Shown here: positions 9,393 through 17,810 of the stretch, piece by piece
How positions within the stretch are numbered: position 1 is the first letter of the stretch
Layout: every line of letters begins with the position of its first letter
Assembly (NCBI GenBank): GCA_031292375.1
Contig: JARLHF010000049.1
Coordinates: 71,821 to 135,820, forward strand
Length of the DNA stretch: 64,000 bases
Origin: Chlamydiales bacterium
GTDB lineage: Bacteria; Chlamydiota; Chlamydiia; Chlamydiales; VFKH01
Direction of reading: 5' to 3'
The notes under the pieces: generated by a model
Told to the model about the DNA's origin: nothing
Seen by the model: the letters and a program-made list of their open reading frames with translations, nothing else
The model's database searches: none
Made by a program: the position numbers and the translations under genes

Positions 9393-12300
9393 TTACGTTT
9401 GAAGTAACTCTAACACCTCTTCCCATGTAAGTTTTGCCATTGCTTCATCATCACAACTTACAATTTTTTTCACGAGTCCCTTCTTACGGTTTTGCATATT
9501 CATGATCTTTTCTTCGATGGTTCCCAAAGTAATCAGCTTGTAAGAAGAAACAGAGCGTTTTTGCCCAAGTCTATATACCCTATCTGTTGCCTGATTTTCA
9601 ACTGCAGGATTCCACCACATGTCATAATGAATTACAGTATCAGCTCCTACGATATTTAATCCAGAACCACCCGCTTTTAATGAAACTAAAAATACAGGTA
9701 TTGATTCATCATCATTAAATTGTTTAACAATTTCCAAGCGATTTTTACTAGACCCATCTAAATAAGAAAATGCAATACCTCTTCGTAAAAGTTCTTCTTT
9801 CATAATACCAAGCATCTTTGTGTACTGACTAAAGACAACGGTTTTATGATTACCCTCTATTAAACTTTGCAATAACTCCAGCATCATCTCATATTTTGCA
9901 GAATCCGCTTCTTCAACGTTTTCCTTTGCAAATATGGCAGGATGACAACAAATTTGCTTAAGTCTTGTAAGTGTTGCAAGCACATGGATATGTACTTTTT
10001 CAAAACCTTCCTTACCAACAAGTCTTGACAACTCCTCTCTTGCCGATGCAGCGTAGGAATTATAAAGTTCTTTTTGTACGTCCGTAAGGTGACAGTAGTA
10101 AATAATTTCAGAAACTGGTGGTAAATCCTGAAGTACATCACTTTTCATACGTCGTAATATAAAGGGAGTAAGCTTTCTTTTTAGACCTTCTAAATGGTCT
10201 TGAACTCCTGCAATATTGCGAACATATTTTTCCACAAAACGATCGAAAGAGCTTAATAGACCTGGCATTAAAAAATCAAACAAACTCCACAATTCCTCTA
10301 AAGAATTTTCAACAGGTGTACCTGTAAGTACAAGTCTATGAACTGCTTGTATAGCTTTTACCGATTTTGCATTCCTTGTGCCACGATTTTTAATATGTTG
10401 AGCTTCATCTAGTATCGCATAGGAAAATTCTACCGTTTTATATGTATCAATATCTTTTTGTAAAAGCGTATATGTTGTGATAACCACATCATTTTCTTGC
10501 ATTTGGGAGAGCAATTTTTTACGGCTAGAAGGAACACCATCTATTAAAAGGATCTTTAATTTAGGATTAAATTTAGTAAACTCTTCCTTCCAGTTATACA
10601 ATAAAGACGTAGGACATACAATAAGAGACAAAGCTTTTGGATTCTCACTTTTGTTCTGAGTAATGGCAACAATTGCTTGAAGTGTCTTACCAAGCCCCAT
10701 ATCATCCGCTAAAATACCACTTAAGTACATTTTTCTCAGCTTTTCTAGCCACTGGACTCCTTCTAGTTGGTATTTACGAAGATCTGCCTTAATTTCTTTT
10801 GGAACAGGTGATGTTATAAAAGTCTTAATTCCAAGCATTTGATCTTGAATTTCCTTGAGCGCTGAAGACATAGAAACCTTTATAGGCAAGTTTTCAAACT
10901 CTGACAAACTAATGCCAGCTAAACTCCAAAGAGGTCTCTCCTCTTTATGATCATCTAACTTAGAAATACCTATTTCATCAAAAAGCTGTATCAGCGGTAC
11001 TAAAGTCTCTAAATTAAGCACCAATATCTTGCGCTTACCATTTTTTTCCAAAGCTTGCTTTCCACGCCCTTTGGAAACTTCTATTTCTATAAAGCTCTTT
11101 TTAAGAGAGATACACTCCCACAGAAGCTCTAATTTGACACCCCTTAAATGCCCATTAATTTTTACATCAACCTCATAAACATAACGCTTTGAAGACTCTC
11201 TAAAATGAAGTTCAAAGTGAGTTTGATCATAAATAAATTGATCTAGTAAATTATCTGGAAATTCAAAAGACACTCTAGATTTATTTCTAGGAGCAATATC
11301 CGTCATAAATTCGACTATTTTCTTTTCCGTCTTTGCAACGTAAATGCCTTGTTTTGCATCAAAAGCAAAATCCAAAAATAGATCGTCAATGATCTTCTTT
11401 TCTTCATCGAGATTGCGAGCCAAAATACCTTGTTCTGTTACAAAAGCAACTGCATGCTCATACGTCCAAAGGCTTGAAGCTGCTGGTATCTCAATTTTAT
11501 CGTACTGGAAATATAGACTTGCCTCCAACTCACCATCTATGTACTGCAGCTCTACTCTTGCTTTTAAATCAAGCGCAAAAGGTAGCGTAACAAACCTTTC
11601 TACCACCTTCTTATTGAGAATTTCTGCATACTTCTGAATTTCTGGAAGAGCGTTCTCGATAAACGTACCAAATAAAGGCTCTGGTACTGTCATATTGCGA
11701 ATTAACCCTAAGTGACGTAAATGCGAGCGCTTAATGTTTGGCAAGAAGCGATAATAAGTTGTGTTGTGAATAAATCCAGGCTTTGCACATTCAAAAAGCA
11801 CACCCTCTTCTGGGGAAGGAGTTTGCTTTTCTACAATGACAAGGGGCTTTAGTAAAATTTTGGGATTAGGGGCTTCCAAATATTCTAAATCAAAACGCAG
11901 CCTTGCTAAAGCCGTTGAAAAGCTCAAGGGAGATTCTAAGCTACCTTGATATAAACAAGGCATATGCTGATCCGAAAGATTTTTTGCACTTTGTGCTTTC
12001 TCAACTGCAAGGTCATAAGACTTTGCAAGGAGTGTGCCAAATGCTTCTAATTCAAGCTGCGCTGTGCGTACATAACGCTCATTGCCATTTTCTGGGTATC
12101 TTGCATGATCAAGTAACAAATTTAATATCTCAGAACTGATCCCATCAAAAGATTGTGAAGTAAAAAAATAACGCTTTCCAGATATATGCAAAGGCTCATG
12201 ATAGCGAATAGCCTCCAAAAAGTCTTTGATATTAACTACATTTAAAGGCTTTGAGCGAAAGGGCAAACGCAATGCAAGCTGCACTTCAGGCACCACTCTT

Positions 12301-12863
12301 GAGCCTTCTGCATCTGGCGTATAATTAAAAATAACAGCAAGTTCTGCCCTATCCTCTGTAATACGCTCTTCTGGCAAAAAGAATGGAGACTCCGCAAGTA
12401 CTTGAGCTGCAAAAGCATATTCTTCTAAAACTTCATTTTGATACTTTTCATCTTTACGATGGACTTCTTTATTTTTAGCCTCTGTAAACGTCTGGCGCAA
12501 CTCTTCCTTTTCTTCCTCATCGATATGCTCATCCGTATCAAGGTCTGTAACTTTTGAAAAGTCCACAAGAATCTCATCGAGGTGATCTTCTAGATGGAAA
12601 AGAAGAGCTGCAATATGTTGACAATCATAGGAATAAGCACAATCACAGTTTGAATCTACTGTTTTAGATTCAAAACGATCTATTTCAATTTCACTTTCAT
12701 AAACATTGTCAAAGTGCCCCTTGACCTTACTATTCAAGCGTATCCTATCGCTATCTAGTTGTGAAATTTTGGCAATTACAATACTGCCCTTATCGTAGAG
12801 ATCTTTTCCCTCTTTTACAACATTGGGAGAAAAATCTTGTTTTAGTTTACGAAAATTCAACAT
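9393..12863 (-). CDS. SWIM zinc-finger / SNF2-family helicase (YwqA/RapA-like)
   Basis: 1156 aa. The N-terminal SWIM motif is CDCAYSYDCQHIAALLFHL. SNF2 motifs are ILADDMGLGKTLQ, ILDEAQHIKN and LTGTPVENS. Helicase C motifs are SLKAGGSGLN and WWNPAVENQATDRVYRLGQ. Confidence 0.9.
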   Translation of the reverse strand: MLNFRKLKQDFSPNVVKEGKDLYDKGSIVIAKISQLDSDRIRLNSKVKGHFDNVYESEIEIDRFESKTVDSNCDCAYSYDCQHIAALLFHLEDHLDEILVDFSKVTDLDTDEHIDEEEKEELRQTFTEAKNKEVHRKDEKYQNEVLEEYAFAAQVLAESPFFLPEERITEDRAELAVIFNYTPDAEGSRVVPEVQLALRLPFRSKPLNVVNIKDFLEAIRYHEPLHISGKRYFFTSQSFDGISSEILNLLLDHARYPENGNERYVRTAQLELEAFGTLLAKSYDLAVEKAQSAKNLSDQHMPCLYQGSLESPLSFSTALARLRFDLEYLEAPNPKILLKPLVIVEKQTPSPEEGVLFECAKPGFIHNTTYYRFLPNIKRSHLRHLGLIRNMTVPEPLFGTFIENALPEIQKYAEILNKKVVERFVTLPFALDLKARVELQYIDGELEASLYFQYDKIEIPAASSLWTYEHAVAFVTEQGILARNLDEEKKIIDDLFLDFAFDAKQGIYVAKTEKKIVEFMTDIAPRNKSRVSFEFPDNLLDQFIYDQTHFELHFRESSKRYVYEVDVKINGHLRGVKLELLWECISLKKSFIEIEVSKGRGKQALEKNGKRKILVLNLETLVPLIQLFDEIGISKLDDHKEERPLWSLAGISLSEFENLPIKVSMSSALKEIQDQMLGIKTFITSPVPKEIKADLRKYQLEGVQWLEKLRKMYLSGILADDMGLGKTLQAIVAITQNKSENPKALSLIVCPTSLLYNWKEEFTKFNPKLKILLIDGVPSSRKKLLSQMQENDVVITTYTLLQKDIDTYKTVEFSYAILDEAQHIKNRGTRNAKSVKAIQAVHRLVLTGTPVENSLEELWSLFDFLMPGLLSSFDRFVEKYVRNIAGVQDHLEGLKRKLTPFILRRMKSDVLQDLPPVSEIIYYCHLTDVQKELYNSYAASAREELSRLVGKEGFEKVHIHVLATLTRLKQICCHPAIFAKENVEEADSAKYEMMLELLQSLIEGNHKTVVFSQYTKMLGIMKEELLRRGIAFSYLDGSSKNRLEIVKQFNDDESIPVFLVSLKAGGSGLNIVGADTVIHYDMWWNPAVENQATDRVYRLGQKRSVSSYKLITLGTIEEKIMNMQNRKKGLVKKIVSCDDEAMAKLTWEEVLELLQT

Positions 12864-13097
12864 GAGAGACTCTCAACTTTTCAAAATATAAACTCACCCT
12901 TTTACCCATTTAGCAACAGATGTGCAATAAAAAACATACCTTGCTAGAAAGAAAAAAACTTCTAGCTCAAATCAACTAGATTCTGTAAAATGAGGAAAAG
13001 TTAAAATCATAACTATCAACTTCCCCACCGTTGGTTCTAGGTCAAAGTGACCTCCATTCTTTGCTCTAGAACCGACACTTTTTCCCACAATTTTTAG

Positions 13098-13126
13098 TTG
13101 CTCAAAAAAAACAGAAGACATATGCT
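13098..13126 (+). promoter_or_regulatory. Sigma-70/66-like promoter candidate for tRNA-Gly copy 1 (TTGCTC-N17-TATGCT)
   Basis: -35 TTGCTC at 13098-13103, a 17-nt spacer, and -10 TATGCT at 13121-13126, 37 nt before the tRNA 5' end. The same motif is duplicated before copy 2. Confidence 0.4.
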
Positions 13127-13162
13127 GTCCGTCAAAAAGAACGCTATCCGTTTCTTTAATAC

Positions 13163-13234
13163 GCGGGCGTAGCTCAGTGGTAGAGCATCACGTTGCCAAC
13201 GTGAGGGTCGTGAGTTCGAGCCTCATCGCCCGCT
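13163..13234 (+). tRNA. tRNA-Gly (anticodon GCC), copy 1
   Basis: Cloverleaf read by hand: acceptor GCGGGCG/CGCCCGC, D-arm GCTC-AGTGGTA-GAGC, anticodon stem TCACG/CGTGA with loop TTGCCAA, T-arm GTGAG-TTCGAGC-CTCAT. No CCA is encoded. Confidence 0.9.
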
Positions 13235-13254
13235 TTCTGTCTCAATAATTTCTG

Positions 13255-13283
13255 TTGCTGAAAAAAAACAGAAGACATATGCT
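13255..13283 (+). promoter_or_regulatory. Promoter candidate for tRNA-Gly copy 2 (TTGCTG-N17-TATGCT)
   Basis: Duplicate of the 13098 motif, with -35 at 13255-13260 and -10 at 13278-13283. Confidence 0.4.
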
Positions 13284-13321
13284 ACCCGATTCAAAAAAGA
13301 ACATTATCTGTTCTTTAATAT

Positions 13322-13393
13322 GCGGGCGTAGCTCAGTGGTAGAGCATCACGTTGCCAACGTGAGGGTCGTGAGTTCGAGCCTCATCGCCCGCT
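13322..13393 (+). tRNA. tRNA-Gly (anticodon GCC), copy 2
   Basis: The 71-nt body is identical to copy 1. It lies inside the spurious 5' extension of track ORF 13255..14751. Confidence 0.9.
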
Positions 13394-13401
13394 ATTTTAA
13401 A

Positions 13402-14751
13402 ATGAGGAGTCCTAACTTGAATTCACAAGCACCAGAAACCAAACAATTTGAAAATTCTAATGTCAAAATTGAGGCAATCATCGAACCTGGCTGCCAAGTC
13501 AAGCTCTCTGTCCATGTTAACAAGGAATTTGTATCAAAAAGCTACCAAGAGGCTCTGCATCGCGTAAAAAAAGAAATCTCTCTTCCTGGCTTTAGAAAAG
13601 GCAAAGCACCAGACACTCTTATCATCACACACTATTCCAAAGCTGTCGACAATGAATGGCGTGATGTACTTCTCAATAATACATTCCACGAATCTCTTCA
13701 AATTACATCTTATGCTCCACTCAAAGCTTCTGCAAAATCGATCAAATCGCACATTAAAGAACTCAAATCTTCCAAGGACGAAGCATCTATCTCTTACGAA
13801 TTTGAAAGCGTCCCCGTAGCCCCATCCATCGATCATGCAAGCCTATCACTACAAGATATGCCTCTTGAAAAAATTGAAAAAGACGCTGTTCATGAGCGCA
13901 TTGAAGAAGCAAGACTTTCTCTTGCAACTTGGGAAGACGTGCAAGATAGATGTGTCCAAGAAGAAGATTTTGTACGCCTAGACTTGTCTGAAATAAAAGA
14001 TGGACAAGAACACCCCGACTTTACTGATCAGCGCTTCCAAGTAACAGAAAAGAAAATGGCGCCTTGGCTTCAAGCCCTTGTCATTGGCATGAATAGTGGA
14101 GATTCAAAAGAAGGCATGAGTTCTCCTGAAGAAGCATTCATCGATGAAGAGGCAAAAGCCGCTTTTAAATCCTCTCTTTTTAAAGTAACTGTTAACAAAA
14201 TCGAAAAGCCTGTTCTTGCAGACCTCGATGATGCATTTGCAAAAAGACTTGGCGTGCAAACAATGGATGATGTGCACCATGCCATCAAACAGCAACTAGA
14301 ACATTCTGCAAAAACAGAACAAAGACATAAACAGCAAAAAGCCTTAGAAGAAACTCTCGTAAGCACATATTCTTTTGACCTTCCAAAATCCCTACTTGAA
14401 CATGACAGCAATATGCTTGCACAGCAAGAGATGAATCGTCTAAAACAAGAGGGCTTATCCAGTGATGAATTATCCCAAAAAAGTACAGAAATAAAAGAAA
14501 AAGCTCTACAAGACACAAAAAACCGACTGATGCTTTATTATCTTCTTCGTAAATACAATGCAGAACATCATGTCAATGTAACCAATGAAGATCTTAACTT
14601 TGAACTTAACAAGATCTTACAGCAATTTCCAAAAGAGATGCTGCCTCAGATTGCAAAGTCATTGAATGAAGAGATTTATACAGCTATTCTTGCAGAAGTT
14701 GTTGTAAAAAAAGGCTTGGAACACCTGCTTACACACCTACAGCAGAAATAG
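13402..14751 (+). CDS. tig: Trigger factor
   Basis: Start moved to the ATG at 13402 (MRSPNLN...), because the track start at 13255 reads through tRNA-Gly copy 2. GFRKGKAP is the ribosome-binding signature. The gene sits upstream of clpP-clpX. Confidence 0.88.
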   Translation: MRSPNLNSQAPETKQFENSNVKIEAIIEPGCQVKLSVHVNKEFVSKSYQEALHRVKKEISLPGFRKGKAPDTLIITHYSKAVDNEWRDVLLNNTFHESLQITSYAPLKASAKSIKSHIKELKSSKDEASISYEFESVPVAPSIDHASLSLQDMPLEKIEKDAVHERIEEARLSLATWEDVQDRCVQEEDFVRLDLSEIKDGQEHPDFTDQRFQVTEKKMAPWLQALVIGMNSGDSKEGMSSPEEAFIDEEAKAAFKSSLFKVTVNKIEKPVLADLDDAFAKRLGVQTMDDVHHAIKQQLEHSAKTEQRHKQQKALEETLVSTYSFDLPKSLLEHDSNMLAQQEMNRLKQEGLSSDELSQKSTEIKEKALQDTKNRLMLYYLLRKYNAEHHVNVTNEDLNFELNKILQQFPKEMLPQIAKSLNEEIYTAILAEVVVKKGLEHLLTHLQQK

Positions 14752-14833
14752 TCAAAAAAACCAATTCTTGAGTTTATTTGCGCATATATGCAAGTATGGA
14801 AACTTGAACCATTAAATTAATTTTAGGATCGAT

Positions 14834-15424
14834 ATGTCTCTAGTACCCTATGTTATCGAAGATACAGGACGCGGTGAGCGTTCTATGGACATCTACTCTC
14901 GTCTTTTAAAGGACAGAATCGTGCTTATTGGAACTGAAATTAGTGATCAAGTAGCCAACGTAATTGTAGCTCAATTACTTTTCCTTCAAACTGAAGACCC
15001 CAAAAAAGATGTAAGCATCTACATCAACTCCCCTGGGGGTTATATTACAGCAGGGCTTGCTATCTATGACACCATGCAATTCATGAGTTATCGTATTAAA
15101 ACTTATTGCATAGGACAAGCAGCTTCAATGGGAGCTCTTCTTTTAGCCGCAGGAACAAAAGGTGAGCGTTACTTACTACCACACAGTAGAGTCATGATCC
15201 ACCAGCCCTCTGGAGGTATTACTGGACCTGCAGAAGACATTGCGCGTCAAGCTAAAGAAATTAGTGAATTAAAAGGGCAGTTGGCAGCTATCATGGCAAA
15301 ATGCACGGGACAAAGCCCTGCAAAAATTTATGAAGATTCAGAACGTGACTATTATATGGGAACTCAAGAAGCTATTGCATATGGTATGGCTGACAAAGTC
15401 GTTGCAAGCTCAAAAGATCAATAA
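14834..15424 (+). CDS. clpP: ATP-dependent Clp protease proteolytic subunit
   Basis: 196 aa. Contains [17 protein letters not shown], catalytic Ser in [11 protein letters not shown] and His in MIHQPSGG. Confidence 0.95.
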   Translation: MSLVPYVIEDTGRGERSMDIYSRLLKDRIVLIGTEISDQVANVIVAQLLFLQTEDPKKDVSIYINSPGGYITAGLAIYDTMQFMSYRIKTYCIGQAASMGALLLAAGTKGERYLLPHSRVMIHQPSGGITGPAEDIARQAKEISELKGQLAAIMAKCTGQSPAKIYEDSERDYYMGTQEAIAYGMADKVVASSKDQ

Positions 15425-15442
15425 ACTACCTTGGAATTTTAA

Positions 15443-16684
15443 GTGTCTAGAAAAACATTCGTATCTAAAGAACTTGCTAGTTGCTCCTTTTGTGGTAGAA
15501 CAGAAGATGCTGTTGAAAAACTTATCTCCGGTCCTAACGTATACATCTGTGATAAATGCGTCCACCTTTGCATGGATATTCTTGAAAAGAAGAGTGCACC
15601 ACCTGAATTTGTCCTTCTTAAACCACATGAAATCAAAAAACGCTTAGATGATTACATTATTGGACAAGAAAAAGCCAAAAGGGCCGTTTCTGTTGCCGTA
15701 TACAACCACTACAAACGTATACGCTCTTTAGCAAAAGAATCCGATATAGAATATGGCAAATCTAATGTACTTCTCTTAGGACCTACTGGCTCTGGAAAAA
15801 CTCTCATTGCTAAAACACTTGCAAAAATCCTGGATGTCCCCTTTGCCATAGCTGATGCAACAACATTGACAGAGGCAGGCTATGTTGGCGAGGATGTAGA
15901 AAACATTATCCTTAGACTCCTACAAAACGCAGACTATGATGTTGCAAGAGCTGAACAAGGCATTATCTACGTCGATGAAATTGACAAAATAGGAAGAACT
16001 ACTGCCAATGTTTCCATTACAAGAGATGTATCTGGAGAGGGCGTACAACAAGCACTTCTTAAAATTGTAGAAGGAACTATCGCAAACGTGCCTCCAAAAG
16101 GCGGAAGAAAGCATCCTAATCAAGAGTACATCAAAGTTAATACGGAAAACATTTTGTTCATCGTAGGTGGCGCTTTTGTACACCTTGATAAGATCGTTTC
16201 AAAACGCCTTGGAAGAAGTACTATGGGCTTTGAACTTTCAAAGGAAGAAGTACAAAAATCAAAAGACAAAAGCTTCTTCTTATCAAAAGTTGAGCCGGAA
16301 GATTTAGTGCAATTTGGAATGATTCCTGAGTTTGTGGGCCGCTTTAATAGTATTGCCAACTGTAATGAGCTCGTAGTGGATGACCTTGTCAAGATATTGA
16401 CAGAACCGAAAAATGCTGTCATCAAGCAATTCACGCGTATGTTCGAAGAAGAAGGCGTAAAATTACACTTCTCTGAAGCTTCTCTCAAAGCAATTGCCCA
16501 AAAAGCAATCGATGCAGGAACAGGAGCAAGAGCTCTTCGCATGATCCTAGAGGACTTACTTCGCGATCTTATGTTCGAAGTTCCCTCTTCCGATTCCATC
16601 TGTGAAATTCATGTTGAAGAAGAGACTATTTTGAAGAAAATACCTCCCGTCATCAAACGCAAGTCCGACGAAAAAATCGCCTGA
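15443..16684 (+). CDS. clpX: Clp protease ATP-binding subunit ClpX
   Basis: GTG start. The N-terminal zinc finger is CSFCG...ICDKC. Walker A is GPTGSGKT, Walker B is IIYVDEIDK, followed by GARALR. Confidence 0.95.
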   Translation: MSRKTFVSKELASCSFCGRTEDAVEKLISGPNVYICDKCVHLCMDILEKKSAPPEFVLLKPHEIKKRLDDYIIGQEKAKRAVSVAVYNHYKRIRSLAKESDIEYGKSNVLLLGPTGSGKTLIAKTLAKILDVPFAIADATTLTEAGYVGEDVENIILRLLQNADYDVARAEQGIIYVDEIDKIGRTTANVSITRDVSGEGVQQALLKIVEGTIANVPPKGGRKHPNQEYIKVNTENILFIVGGAFVHLDKIVSKRLGRSTMGFELSKEEVQKSKDKSFFLSKVEPEDLVQFGMIPEFVGRFNSIANCNELVVDDLVKILTEPKNAVIKQFTRMFEEEGVKLHFSEASLKAIAQKAIDAGTGARALRMILEDLLRDLMFEVPSSDSICEIHVEEETILKKIPPVIKRKSDEKIA

Positions 16685-16696
16685 ACAAGGACACGT

Positions 16697-17548
16697 ATGC
16701 ATACGCCATTAAGTGAAGTAGCTGGTAGTGAGTGCTCAAAACTATCCTGTTTAGCTTCTTTCGCTGTAAAATGCTCTGAGTACCTCCAATTTTGGGAGGG
16801 TAATGAGTATGATTCCTGGAATTATGGCCGTCTAAATGGTCGAGTGTTTCAGGTCTTGGATTACGACAAAGATACAGGGGTATTATATGTAAGTCATCTT
16901 CCTGTTGTTATTAAAAGATCAGGATGGAAAGCGGCTGCAAAAGTTGCTACCTGGGTGCTATCTGGGGGCATTTTTCCTCTATTAGCAGTAAGTGTTGTTT
17001 TAATTAGTGATTGCAGCTTTTCAGTAGTTAGCCATGATCAACTATATATGAAGGCTATTAGAGAGGGTAATCTAACTCTCTTTAATGAGTGTCATGAAAG
17101 AGATTGTTTACAGACATCTAGAAGACGGGTTGCTGGTGGGGTATGGGCGGCTTTTTGGCATGTAAAAAATTTGTGTGCCGCAGGCTCAAATGTTCCTATG
17201 GAGATGTTAACGATTTTAGAAATACTTATGCATGAATCTAGTATAGATGAAGTGCGCCGGATTTTAATTCAAGCAGTCAATACTCGTATTCTATCTTTGA
17301 TCGAAATAGTATTGAAATATAAGGATCTTGCCGGTTGTACTTGTCAAAGGGAAATAAAGCAGCTGTTTCTGCAGGCTGAACTACAACTTGTTGATCAAGC
17401 GTTTTCAGGAATGGAAAAAGAGATCTGCAAAGCCAATCCTTCCATACCAGAGGGAGACTTTCCTCTTTTGTTTGCGCTCAAGCTCATTATTCATAATAAC
17501 ACAGAACGCTTGTACAATGAGACCCAAAAACTCAAGATAATCGTATAA
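16697..17548 (+). CDS. Hypothetical membrane protein
   Basis: 283 aa. AAGGA lies 5 nt upstream of the ATG. There is one long hydrophobic segment (AAKVATWVLSGGIFPLLAVSVVLI). I recognise no family. Confidence 0.5.
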   Translation: MHTPLSEVAGSECSKLSCLASFAVKCSEYLQFWEGNEYDSWNYGRLNGRVFQVLDYDKDTGVLYVSHLPVVIKRSGWKAAAKVATWVLSGGIFPLLAVSVVLISDCSFSVVSHDQLYMKAIREGNLTLFNECHERDCLQTSRRRVAGGVWAAFWHVKNLCAAGSNVPMEMLTILEILMHESSIDEVRRILIQAVNTRILSLIEIVLKYKDLAGCTCQREIKQLFLQAELQLVDQAFSGMEKEICKANPSIPEGDFPLLFALKLIIHNNTERLYNETQKLKIIV

Positions 17549-17586
17549 AAAAATTAAGCAAGCCACAAACAAATGCAAAGGATCAG

Positions 17587-17692
17587 TAAAGAGATCTTGC
17601 TACAGACTAGTCTGATGATCTATTTTTGAGCCTATCTAGATACTCTTTTACAGAAAGCCTCATATTTTTTCAGGCAATGCACCAAGATAGAG
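17587..17692 (-). pseudogene. Decayed 3'-end fragment of a third PI4KII-like paralogue
   Basis: About 106 bp align at ~80% identity, in the same orientation, with 20524..20632, the 3' end of the gene at 20522..21811. The fragment has a 1-nt deletion (atcatg to atatg) that breaks the frame. No upstream remainder is present. Confidence 0.6.
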
Positions 17693-17810
17693 ACACCGAG
17701 CATTAATAATATAATGATTTTTTAAATTTTTCTAGGACCCCTAATCAAAAAAATTATTTTATAATTATATTCGCCCGTGTTACATATACATTATAAACAC
17801 GGATATTTGT

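Larger units (their letters stand above)
13098..13413 (+). repeat. Tandem duplication (~159-bp unit, two copies) of promoter-leader-tRNA-Gly
   Basis: The tRNA starts are 159 bp apart. The leaders align (ttgctSaaaaaaaacagaagacatatgct...ttctttaataYgcgggcg) with a few substitutions and indels. Confidence 0.9.

Noticed and set aside
13029-13075. Hairpin GGTTCTAG-N25-CTAGAACC followed by CTTTTTCCC upstream of the tRNA genes, considered as a small RNA or terminator
   Set aside because: The stem is only 8 bp with a large loop and a weak U-tract. No plus-strand gene lies upstream to terminate. The support is insufficient.
13255-13401. The 5' 49 codons of track ORF 13255..14751 (trigger factor)
   Set aside because: This segment translates through tRNA-Gly copy 2 and its promoter. 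The tig start is at the ATG at 13402.
14786-14800. Possible heat-shock operator (CIRCE) in the tig-clpP spacer, where GCATATATGC is a 10-bp palindrome
   Set aside because: It does not match CIRCE (TTAGCACTC-N9-GAGTGCTAA). A short AT-rich palindrome like this is expected by chance.
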